From Oikopleura dioica (lineage: Eukaryota; Animalia; Chordata), in assembly GCA_907165135.1 (NCBI GenBank), contig OU015567.1, positions 11,594,001-11,658,000 of the forward strand: a stretch of 64,000 nucleotides of DNA, written 5' to 3'. Both the position numbers and the translations under genes were made by a program. Below are positions 48,289-60,100 of the stretch, in pieces. The first letter of the stretch is position 1. Each line of letters begins with the position of its first letter. Under the pieces are notes generated by a model that saw nothing but the letters and a program-made list of their open reading frames with translations, did not search any database and was not told where the DNA came from.

Positions 48289-51200
48289 ATGTTGTGTCGT
48301 CTAGGCCTTCTTGGACTCGTTCTTGGCCTCCCTCAACCACCAAGAGAAACTTATCCTTACGACGTTTCCTTCGGTGAGCTTGGACATGGATTCGGTCAAG
48401 TTGATAGGGCATTTCCGAATGTCGTAGAGCTTCATGGGATTCCCTATGCTCCCGCACCAATAGGAGAAAAACGTTTTGCGGTATCGGAGCTTCTCGAGAC
48501 TTTTCCTCACGACGACATGAACTTCCAAGAGAAGCCGTCAGTATGTATTCAGAGCAGATTTGATGGCGAATCTATCATACCATGGCAACCAGGAGCAAGT
48601 GAGGATTGTCTTTTCCTCTCAATCTGGGCGCGTAAGGACGGTGTCGAAGATCCTTCCAAGAAATATCCCGTTCAAGTATTTTTTCATGGAGGAGCTTTCA
48701 TGGTAAAATCTCGTTATCTTCTTATTTTTGCTATTTGATAGATCGGAACTGGCAACTTTCCGGATACTGATGGAACTGTTATTGCTGAGCGACAGAATAT
48801 TGTCGTCGTCAGTGTAGCGTATCGCCTAGGTGTTCTAGGCTTTGCTCACAACTCCGAGTTCCTAGCTGACTCAGGTAGCTCAGGCAACTTCGGATTTCTG
48901 GATCAGCGAGTTGCGTTGCAGTGGGTTAACAAATATATTCACCACGTTGGAGGAGACCCCACCGATGTGACCATTTCTGGCTGTTCTGCTGGTGGCCAGT
49001 CGACTCTAGTTCATATAACCTCTCCAGATAGCTGGGCATATTTTAACAAAGTGATTTCTTTCTCTGGGCCGATGGGTAGGCTTACCGGACTAAATTTCGG
49101 TCCATTTTTCTAGCTTAGTTTAGGGGGCATATAATATAGTTTTAGAAAGCCCAGAAGCTGAGCTTTCATTTGGGCACAAAATCATGGGGTCTGGGTCATG
49201 CCCGGAAGGCAAATTAGTGCAGCGGAAGTTCCAAAATGGGCACAAGAACTCTTCAATCGATTTTTTCGAAGGGTTTAAGGGATTTTGAGCGGTCGAAGCC
49301 TACTGAAATAGAAAGCTCAGGCTCTGAGCTTTCTAAAACGCCCATAAAATTGGGCCTTCACCAGGTTTTGGGCCACCTGGGGGCGCTAGAAAGTCGAGTG
49401 AAAAACCGGAAATACCGGAAACTTCTATTTTTGAGTCCTAAACTCACAGTCTATGCCTAAAATTAAATTGAGAAGAATAAACTAAGCTTAAAAATATCGA
49501 ACCGCGGTTGAACCGGGTGGTTAATCTTGCGGTTCATTGCGGTTCAACTCTAGAAAGTCTTCGAATCAGTGAAATATGGGTATTTTTTGACGAGAAATTG
49601 AAAAAACAATGAAATAAAAGATGAACCGCGGTTGAACCAGGTGGTTGACCACCCAATCAGTCATGCTGAATTTGTAAAATCTTTCGGAATTAGCTCGAAC
49701 TATTATTTTTTCAAATAAATTTTATATAAAACATTATTCTACAAAATAAAAATTATGAACAATCGTCTTGCAATAGTTTATTAATCAAATCTTTCTTTAA
49801 AGCTCTAGAAACAACCAAACCTGAAAATTTTGACCAAACTTTGAAAATAAATGAAATTTGTTATTATTTATCTTTATAAGGTAGAAATATATTGAAAATA
49901 AAATAACCCCTAATCACGAGTCATCTTTTATTTTATTGCTTATTCAATTTCCCGTCGAAAAATACCCATATTTCAATGTTTCGAAGATTTTCTAGAGTAA
50001 AACCACAATGAACCGCAAAGTCAACCACCCGGTTCGACCACGGTTCATCTTTTATTTCATTTCTTATTCAATTTCCCGTCGAAAAATACCCATATTTAAA
50101 AGTTTCGAAGACTTTTTAGAGTTGAACCGCAATGAACCGCAAGGTCAACCACTCGGTTCAACCGCGGTTCCATATTTTAAAGCGTTGCTTATTGTTTTTA
50201 ATTCAATTTTAGACATTTACAGTGAGTTTAAGACTCAAAAATAGAAGTTCCCAGTATTTCCGGTTTTTCACTCGACTTTCTAGCGCCCCCAGGTGGCCCC
50301 AAACCTGGTGAAGGCCCAATTTTATGGGTGTTTTAGAAAGCTCAGAGCCTGAGCTTTCTATTTCAGTAGGCTACGACCGCTCAAAATCCCTTAAACCCTT
50401 CGAAAAAATCGATTGAAGAGTTCTAGTGCCCATTTTGGAACTTCCGCTGCACTAATTTGCCTTCCGGGCATGACCCAGACCCAATGATTTTGTGCCCAAA
50501 TGAAAGCTCAGCTTCTGGGCTTTCTAAAACTATATTATATGCCCCCTAAACTAAGCTAGGAAAATGGACCGAAATTTAGTCCGGTAAGCCTACCGATGGG
50601 CCTTACCTTAAAAAATACAGATGAAGCAGCCTCTTACAATTCTTGGTTTCTGAAGCGAGTGGGCTGTTGCTTGGATGATCCTGAAGTTTGCTCTTTGGCT
50701 GATGTAGCTTGTCTTCGAGCTCGAAGTGTAACGGAAATTCAAGAGGCTGCAAGTGATCTTCGTCATCGACTCGAACCAATTCAAAACGGACAATTCACTC
50801 CTATTGCTGAGCCCTGGGCCGTTGTTATTGACGGAGAAGTGCTGACAGACAATCCAATGAGACACTTTCAGCGAGGGGAACTTAGACCAAGTACTCCGTT
50901 TGTCAATGGAATCAACGAGGAGGAGGGCTTCATATTCGCCCCAAGCAGAATCCTTGGGCCACCTCTGAGATATAAAAAAATGATGGAACAGCTTTATGGC
51001 GACTCGTCAGACGAAATTTTAGATGCATATCCTCCATGCACTGGAATCGACTGTGATAGCTCCCCTGAATTCGCAGCTTGGATGACTGACTATTCGTGGA
51101 CTTGTAGCTTTCAAGCAGCGATTACTCCAGCCATTCGGCCAACAAACCCTGTGTATGGCTTCTTATGGAACTCGCCCATTCCTCAGACATTCAATCGAAC

Positions 51201-51585
51201 AGCCATGGGCATCCTTAGAAAGTGTGTCAACGAGCAACGACCATGCCACTGCTTCGAGACAATCAACTATTTCGGAAATGCGATCAGAAGAGGACTAGAA
51301 CTGACTCAGGCTGAAAAAGAGTACATAGAAAAAGTGCAAAACTATTTGGGAAATTTCATCAGAACGGGTAATCCAAACGATTTCACCGGAAATCCACGAG
51401 GATCAATGGATTTTGAAGAAATGGTCAACATGAGGGACTCAGAAGGTCAACTCAATGTTGTCGGCCTAAATGGTCAATCAAAAGAGCACTACAGGTAGGA
51501 TATAAATCCCATGCTCAATGAAAACCAGTTTAGATCATCTTTCTGCGCCGTACACGATGACATTGACGAGTATCTGAAACATTGA
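48289..51585 (+). CDS. Secreted type-B carboxylesterase/cholinesterase-like enzyme; this allele is interrupted by a transposon
   Basis: GIPYAPAPIGEKRF, SEDCLFLSIW, VFFHGGAF, YRLGVLGF, GNFGFLDQ, SGCSAGG (catalytic Ser), NEEEG, CHCFE. Removing 49077-50600 restores ..FSGPMGLTLKN.. Confidence 0.88.
49077..50592. mobile_element. Non-autonomous foldback DNA transposon, hAT-like, 1516 bp
   Basis: Ends TAGGCTTACCGG..CCGGTAAGCCTA with ~400 bp of near-perfect TIR. 8-bp TSD CCGATGGG at 49069-49076 and 50593-50600. Internal AACCGCGGTTGAACC subrepeats. No transposase ORF. Confidence 0.95.
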
Positions 51586-51695
51586 GTAAAGAAAACTGTA
51601 AAATAAAAAAATCTCTAGAACAGCTGTTTATGAAAATATTTAAAAGCTGAAAATCGTCAGTTTAAGTCTTGCGCTCAAAGGGAAAGCAGCATGCC

Positions 51696-52477
51696 TAGGG
51701 TGGGGATACAGAAAATGGACTTTTTACTCGTAGCAGCAACGATAAAAACTTTTTGGGATAAGTTATTTTATTGCCAACCAAAAAAAATTCTTGAAAAAAA
51801 AATTTTGAATTTTGATTGTCACGTGATGAAAATCGCCATTAAAAGTGCCAAAAATGCCAAAATAGCCGAATGAACATGGATTTTTTTTATTCTCGGATAT
51901 GTGATAGAGAATTTGATTCTGAATCTAATGGTACCAAAATCTTTTTGGAATTGCATCGAGAAGGTACTTTAATCTACAAAAAACTGCTATATTACGTAAT
52001 AATTGATGACGTCATAAGCAAAAAAACACTGTAAATTACTGTAAAATGTAGTATTATAAGTGTTGAAGGTCATAGAACGACTGTAATTGACTCCGTAGAG
52101 TACATTTTGTTGGTTTTAGGTGCAAAAACTGACTTTTAAAATAACCATGACGTCATTAGTGATGACTCATTTTCCAAAATTATTACGTAATAAGGCATAT
52201 AAATAGTCATTATGGATCTTTAGGAGGCCGATTCCAAAAAGATTTTGGTACCACCAGATTCAGAATTGAATTCTCTATCACATATGCAGGAATAAAAAAA
52301 ATCGATGTTCATTCGGCGATTTTAGCATACATTTAGTGCTTTCCCACGTGACCTGAAAAAATTTCAAAAAAATTTTTTTTGCCAAAAAATTTTCTGGGGC
52401 TGATTCCATCTTGTCACCAAAAATAAAGTCTCTACGACGTTTGCTGAGAAAGCTCATTTTTTTGTGTCCCCTCCCTA
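51696..52477. mobile_element. Non-autonomous palindromic hAT-like element, 782 bp
   Basis: Ends TAGGGTGGGGATAC..GTGTCCCCTCCCTA. 8-bp TSD AGCATGCC at 51688-51695 and 52478-52485. Long imperfect internal inverted repeat (GCCGAATGAACAT..GGTACCAAAATCTTTTTGGAAT). Confidence 0.9.
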
Positions 52478-52792
52478 AGCATGCCGGAGGAAACCTTCAA
52501 GCAACGCGCCTCGAGGCGAGGAAGCATGTTCCAGCCGAAGAGAGAGATCCCCCGAGATTCTACAGCAGTTGTAAGTACACTCAAAGCTCTTCTTGTTGAT
52601 TGATTATTTCACAACAAGTCAGAGGACGCAGTTTCTTGTGTACTTTTAGTCGATAATTTGTTTACTGAAAAGTTCTCTTCTTGCACCTCTGGGTTATTTG
52701 AGCGCAGTGTCAAGTTGACGGCAAATCCTAGCGTTACAATCAGTCAACTAGGCCAGTACTTCAACAATCGACACTTTAGTAAACAGGAAATT

Positions 52793-52805
52793 GGGTCCTA
52801 GCAAC
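52793..52805 (+). promoter_or_regulatory. Possible RFX X-box
   Basis: GGGTCCTAGCAAC has a strong TAGCAAC half-site and lies ~40 bp upstream of a ciliary dynein light-chain ATG. Confidence 0.45.
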
Positions 52806-52844
52806 ACCCAAAAGCGGGAAAACTAGAAAGAGAAAAACAGTTTT

Positions 52845-53577
52845 ATGGCGATGGTGACCCCAAATATCTACAGACAAAGTGTAATCTTTCAATTTGTATA
52901 ATTTTTGAAGGAAAGCCCTTTTTTATTTTTTACAGAAATAAAGCTGAATTTCTAATTCTTACTCAATATCGACGCTTCGAATCAGGAATTATATTTGACT
53001 AGAATATTTCTCAGTGCAAGACTTTCAAAATGATTGACAGCATAAGACCCTGCGCTCAAAATTCCTTCCAACATAAACTAACTTTGTCTTTTTCAGTTCA
53101 GCTCAATTCTTTCGATGCAAGAACACCAGAAAAAGAACCGTCCAAAATACTTAAACACTTACAAAATGGAGCCTGATAAAAAGATGAACATGTTTAAAAT
53201 CAAGAACTCAATGCAAAAATGTCTTGAGAGTAAGACTTTTTGGAAGAATCATTCTGATCCGTTTTTAGAGCTTTGCGAGGACAAACAATTTGAAGAAGTC
53301 GTAGAACGAGAAATGATCCGAACAATTAACAATCAACTTCATAATAAAGTCAGGGACTTGGTGCCAGATAGATACAGATTCATCGTCCAAGGTAAGCTTA
53401 CCCATCTTTCATTAACTAGTCAAGAATTAAGTCATTGTGTGCGAGCGAAACGACAACGACTTCAGCATTTCTTCACGCTCGCTCATGAACAACGATCACG
53501 ATTCATACACGTCCGTCAGCTATGCCAAAGGAGATATCGTCGTCGTCGGAATCTGTCACGTTCTCTACCTCGAATAA
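52845..53577 (+). CDS. Tctex1-domain dynein light chain (TCTEX1D/DYNLT family)
   Basis: YLNTYKMEPD, VRDLVPDRYRFIVQ|VIVCE..ISSRSLMNNDHDSYTSVSY..VVGICHVLYLE*. Confidence 0.85.
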
Positions 53578-53792
53578 TCACCGACAAACTGATATTTTAT
53601 GGACTTGTACTCGAATAAAAAATATGAAACTGCTATAAAACAATGCAAAGAAAAGCTCTTTTCAAAGTTTTTCTTGGTAGCAACTATGACATCAATATTC
53701 TTAGCAAGAAAGGTAGAGCAAGAAGAATTCTTCATTGTGAAATATTCGAGAGAGATTTTCGACTGAATGAAATGTGATAACCGACCTTTGGC

Positions 53793-56700
53793 TTACTCAT
53801 GGTCATTTAGGCTTCGATGAAAAAGACCGTCGAGCTGATAATAGAAAACTAAGTAATTTCAACCGATGACCTTTTCCTGATTGGATATAAGAGGAACTTT
53901 GACCGTTGTCTTCTCTGATGAGCTGTTTTTGAAGACAAATGCTCTGTCTTCTTCGTCGAATCCATACATACACATTGCGTGCTTGATGTTTTTCAGCTCA
54001 GTTCTAAGCATCGATTTAAAACACGATTAAATTTGTTGATATAACTTGACTGGGCAAACAAGAGTCTTTTTAGAATCTATGGCGCTGAAGAAATCTCCAA
54101 TGATTCCGAATTTCTTGAAAGTTGCCGGAAATTTGTCAAATTCCGTGGGATGTGAATACACTTCCAGCACTGGTTGAACTTCCCCGATTCGATAGAAGAT
54201 TGGTTTCAAGCTGCCAAGAAGGTGTATACCTACATCAGTTAAACAATTCAGAAACAACACATTCTTAACCTTCTCGCTGGAGAAATGTCGGGCGTGAAAG
54301 TCTTTGCATGACATGGTGAAGCAAGGCAGCTTGTATTTCATCTTCGTTTGCATTTATTTTAGTCGGAATAACGTTCATCATCAATTCTGATCTCAAAGTC
54401 TACCGAAATCTAAATATACTTTGCTCACATCAGACTGCTGACCTTGTGATGCGACGGATCGCCGAGAATCTTTAAAATTGCATCCCTATTTTCTTCCGTC
54501 AGATCTGTATTGTCTCGTTTTCGTTATCTAGTGGTTTTAGTGAAAATAAATCAGAAATAGTATAACGAGTCCTTTGATGGTTTCACGGAAGGAAGATCGT
54601 AACATGCTCGCAGTCGCGAAAGCCCAACATTTGAACGAGTTACCCTATCAATCAAAAATTAAACCAAAGTTAAAAATTTAACCTGTTCATGAATTCTTTT
54701 GCTGATCATTTTAGTCGTCTTTTGAGGATATACTGTTTGTTAGTTCATAGACAATTTTCAATGATTTGAACGATATCCGGCCTTTGAAAGTTCGGCATAT
54801 GATGTAAAACTGTTCAGCGTATCCATGATATTCACGGCCGAGAAAGGACACTGCTCGAATTTCGCTACTCTCCGCTTTACATCACTATCAATGCTCCCAT
54901 CCAGAGTCTGCAAGTCTGCACTGATTCCAAGATCCCTTGCCGTTACTTTCTTGCCGTTCAGAGAGCTTCGATGGTGGGTCAAAAACATCTTGACTTGTTT
55001 TATGCTCGGCCTTTTTGACGGATCATCTGAGATCATTTTGGAAATGAAACATGTCAATTTGTGTTTGAGCGCTTCTTCTTTTGCAGATCGAAGGCTTTTA
55101 CTGTCAACTAAAAAAAATTGATATTTCAGAGAAGAAACTTTCAACCTGGAAGCATGTAGAGCTTGAACGCTAACTGTATATCGAAAATAGAAAGCAGAAT
55201 CGAAATGCCAAGCGAATATATGTCCGAAAGAAAAGGAATCGATTCAGTCAAAACTTCCGGGGCCATGAATAGAGGAGTTCCACCGATAATTCCAGCCATG
55301 CCGAAATCAGCCAGTCGAACGGAAAAAGTGCCGGTTTCATCACTTTTGAGGAGAATATTTTCTGGCTTCACATCGCCATGACATAGACCTTTTTCTCCGA
55401 TTGCCTTCAAAGCAGATGTGACCTATGAATTTCGTGAGTTTTGAACGCGATTATTAAAAACCTGGAGAAAATAATTCATAAAGGAGGACATCTGGAACTC
55501 GATCTGGTTCAATGTTGCATCGCACAACTCGGAAACAATGACAAACTCGTCTTCTCCATTTTTATGTTGCAAGAAGAAGTCAAACATTTTCAAAACATGC
55601 GGATGTCTTATTTCCCTTCCAATGTAGAACTCGGAAGCCTGGCCTCTGAACTGCTGCGCCATTTCCTTTTCTCGCATCGGATCCATTAATTTTTGAGGTG
55701 CTTTTTTAAGAGATTGTACCAGATGAAGTCCGCGATTTGGAATGAACTTGGCCGCTGCATTTTTGCCGTGCCAGGTGCACTTGTAGACCGATCCTTGGCC
55801 TCCGTTGCCAAGAAGATAGTTCTTCTCGATGAGCTGACCGGAAAAGTGTCGCATAGATGGAATCCTTTGCTTACAATTTCTTGGGCATTTCTCATCGCAG
55901 TCAATATTGTAAAGAGACATGTAAGTCGTCGTCAAAGGATTTCCTTCAGATGAGTATCCAGTCACGTACTTTTTCACCAACTCTGCGTAAGATTCAAGTT
56001 GCTGGATTTCGTGTTTATACTGCGTGAATGAGTCCGTTCGGAAATAAAGACTCTTCTCGAGTCTACAGTCTTTTAAATCTTCATGTGCATCGAAAGCGTA
56101 TTCAATCAAGTACCAGTTAACAGCATTTGAGTCAACGGGGCCGTAATTTGAAGCAATAAATGGATTCAAGCCTCGTTCAAGAAGCTTGCTGATGAGTGGC
56201 TGGAAAGTTAAACCAAGACTGTTGGTGTAGAAGCCGCAAAAGTTCATCTCTAAGTTGGGGAAGTTGTCCAAAAGAAAAATTGAAGAGCGATAATAATGTC
56301 GAGTCGCGTAAAAGGGAAATGTGAATGCAAGTTGGGTTGGAATCGAGATGACTTCTTGCGCTTCATCGATCGATATATCGTCAAGCATTTTTGACATCAA
56401 GAAAAGCATGGTCTCATCATTTGATGTCTGCATTTCGAATATTTCTTTTTTGGAGTATGCGCATTCCATGAACAATATTCTCATAATGAATTCGTTCGGC
56501 GCTGTGAAAACCGTATATCCACCAATACTGTATGTCCAATCGATCGAATCTTTTGAAAGAAAATTCAGTGTTTGAATTAAAAATGCCTACATTGATCCCA
56601 GAATTGACTCTTCAGTATATCGAAATTGAAAGTGAAGCTTGCAACAACCCGAAAGTGACTTGCACAAGCTCCATTTTGCAAGTCGATCTTCATGAGTTCT

Positions 56701-57176
56701 TCAAAAGTGTGCGGATCAGTGTTTTGCGTCTTGTACTCGTTTTCCCGATTACTTTGTTTCAGAACCAAATTAAGACCTTCAAAATGATTAGTGATGAATT
56801 TATAATTATAACGCAAACCTGCGTATCCTCCAGGAAGATTAAGGGTTTCCTTCCGTGAATCAATCCGATAAAGTTCTGTTTCGAGCTAAAAGGGAGCAAA
56901 GAGTTGTTTTCTATTTATACTTTTATGAAGACAGTGACCCCTTGCCTTGTGAAAATGTTCTGAAAGAGAATAGCCTTCGTCATTATCGCCAATGAGTTTT
57001 TTTAACCTTTTATACACAGCGATTGCATCAAGAATATCCGCGTCCGAGGATCGCTGAATAATCGTATCGTAAAGAATCAGTCTCCCTGCTGCGAGTTTAG
57101 AAATCGTTCCAGCATCTATCATTTTCGTCGAGGCCAAGCTCCAGAATTCAAGTCGACTCATCTCTGAGGTTCCCAT
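53793..57176 (-). CDS. Multi-domain protein: unknown N-terminal region + Ser/Thr kinase + papain-like (C1) cysteine peptidase domain
   Basis: Kinase motifs LGNGGQGSVY, AAAK, HGDVKPENIL, DFG, GTPLFMAPE, SDIYSLG, KRPS. Downstream in-frame exons give HEQ|GNSFKCWAFA, KHAMCMYGFD, FVFKNS. The 3' end is approximate. Confidence 0.75.
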
Positions 57177-60100
57177 TACTCTCTCGCGAGGAGGAAACTT
57201 TAGAAACTTTTTGAAAACGCCAACTTATCGTGGCGCTATAAATGAAGCACCGAAAGTTTAATCATTGGTTAATAATATCGATCCTTTGGAGTACTTTTCC
57301 GTACATCCGTTTCAAGGGGACAAGAACTCTGAGTCAAGAAGCAGTCAGAATAATTATGAGGAGGAGCGATACCCAGTGTTTTCTTCCATGATTTCACAAG
57401 ATCAAACACAGATCTGGCTAGAACTTTTCTGTAGATTTATTATTATTTGCTTTTCCACAGAATCCAATCGAAAAATTCGAGTATTTAATAATTTAGAAAA
57501 AGGATTCTGGAACAGAATCCGCTAAAAATTTTTAACGAGGGTCAAATCACTTTCCCACACTCCTCAAAAACGTGACCCCTAAAGCAGTTTACTGCCCGAT
57601 GTCCAGGCCTAAATTAGAAAAAATACTTCCGGAAAAGGTACACAAATCAAAAAGTCGCTTGACCTCGGTCGCTTTTTGGGGAGTTTATAGCGGGTTTTAT
57701 ATTCAACAAATATGCTTACATCCTAAGTTTGTTTATGAAATTTTGAATTCCTATAATTTTCCCTGATGTTTTGCCGATAAAATTGGTGAATATAATGAGT
57801 AGATTAAAATGGGTTCCTGAAGCACAAATGATTCAGCATTTTATAACCATTGCTTGAATAACAATCAATTAACTCGAAAAATAAGCACGAATCAAAGTAC
57901 CGACTCATGGGTTTTTATTTACGACTAAGAAAAACGGCATTTTACGAGGCTAAAAATGTCAGAGTTCTCCGCTGGTCGAGATCAAAGGCAAGGTATTATC
58001 ATCGCGGGCGGGGAAAAGCTCAATTTTCGCTAAATTTAGATCAGTACGGGAAATTTTTAATTTGGGGATGTGCACTGGCATGGCGCCGCGCCAGCTGATT
58101 GCCCCGACTCTATTTTCAGATTTCGAAAAAAAAATCGAATATTTTCTGTATAAAATCTTTTCCTATTTCCATAATTTGAAGTTTCTTTAATCCTCATTGT
58201 CAAAACTAACAAATCGGTAGACACGTGATATGTACGAACGGGAAAAACACGTGCTAGCGCTAGTATTTTTGGCAGGCACATAATATCATGTAGATTAGAT
58301 ATTGTTCTAGGACTTTTTACATGGGCGAAGGTGTTTTATGAATAGATTAGCTTGCGATTTGCTGTTTTAGTGTACAATAGAAATAGCCAAAACACTGAGT
58401 TTATGGTAGTTCTCATGTCCGTTTTGTACTTTTAGCAAATTGAAAACCGTATCTCAGGGATATGGCCGGAATGTGGCCAGCTGAGACTGGCCTTTTTCTT
58501 AATAAAAATTTAAGTTAAAACCTTCCATCAAGAAATTTATCATTGAACCTTGCTGTTTGGAAGTCATAAATCCCAAGAATTCAGAGGAGATACAGAGGTT
58601 GGTTATTGATCAGTGGAGTGACGCGAAAAAAGTTCTCAAGTAGACCCTTGAGTGTTGCGATTAGAGCCGACACGTGACTTCAAAGAGCGATTATTGAGAA
58701 TAAATCCGAAGATCGTTGGTGTTATTAAACGGCGCGTACATTTTTATAACAAGCACGCGCGTTCTTTGGACTTCAAATTTATCAACCTGCGCGCGTCAGG
58801 CGCCATTTTATCGAGTCCAGGAGAGGCTCTCAGTGTGCCTTGCGCAAATTTCATGGAAGCTGATTCTTGAACAACATTGTTACTCTTTCGTTAGGCTTAG
58901 ATTTGATAAGAATCTTAATTTTCTTCTGAAAAGTGCCCCTTTGAAAAATAATCGCAAATCGGAAGTGTCGCATCCGATCGGATCTATTTGAAGTCTTCGT
59001 GCCCTAAAAATTTTCCTTCACGCAGATTGTCACTAAAACAGTTACCAGGTACAGGTAGCAGCTGATTTCCGCTTTTATCTACTCCGCTTTACGACCTGTT
59101 TTCAGAACGGTTATTGATCAAGATCGAGGTTTAAAAAATAGAACTGATGATGAAGCTGATGGTTCACAGGTGCTTCTCCTTTCTAGGTCAATTTATGCTA
59201 GAAAATCAGGTCATTCAAAACTTCCAAATCTTGTATTCTTGCCCTAGAAGTTCAAAAAAATCAAGATATCCCAGTAAAAACAGTAGGCTTTTGCATTTAT
59301 GCAGCTCCCGTGAAAGAGCATTTCCTGATCCACTTTTAGAATTTCCTCCGATGAGCGAAATAAACTTTCGCCTTTGATCAAATTTGCCTTTCAAAACAGC
59401 TTCGAGACATTTTCCCGCTTTTTGAAAACTTCAAAACTTTTCATTCAAACAAAAACTTTCATTCCTCGAATTTCGAAAAGAGTCTATATCAAAATTTTAA
59501 GATAGTAGTATCCGGAAAGGATATATAAAAATCCACAGGGCGCTCCTGTCCGTCTCCTGATACAAGCCACAAAGACACACAGGAGTAAGTTACAGTACAC
59601 TCACGGAAGACAACGAAAACCGCTACTATTTCCAAGTCAATATAATCAAGTCTCGCGATACTGCCGGTTTCGGAGGCGACTTCGCGTCTGTGTCTGTAGC
59701 TGCTGTGAATAGCCCCTTTAGTTCCGCTTATTTCTGCTGAAGAAGAACTTCAAAAGTCGCCCCCGGATGTGCCATTTCCGTATCAAGCTGGATTAGCGTT
59801 TTGTCAGGGCAGTTTTTGGGCTCTTGAGATTTGATTTTGCGCCCCGGTCGCTACAACAAAAGTGCTCAATCAATTCCAGTACTTTTCATCTCAAAATAAT
59901 CGCGTTATTGAGCCAAAACGGCCGAATAAAAAATCTACGGAACTTGTAACTTTGATTTCTGAAGTTCTTTCAGACGTCAATTGCCCACGTGCAGCATGTT
60001 TACTGTCAGCTTAGAGTGCCCCATCTGTAGTGATACAGGCTGACCTTTTCCAAATTCTTACTGTCAACGGTCACTACAGCCAGTTTTTTATCACTCTATC

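Noticed and set aside
49495-50170. AACCGCGGTTGAACC repeats as a CRISPR-like array
   Set aside because: Spacing is irregular, the repeats are mirrored in both transposon arms, and the context is eukaryotic. They are subterminal repeats.
49236-50244. ORFs 49236-49460 and 50008-50244 as a transposase
   Set aside because: They are short, lie in the inverted-repeat arms, and show no DDE or BED motifs.
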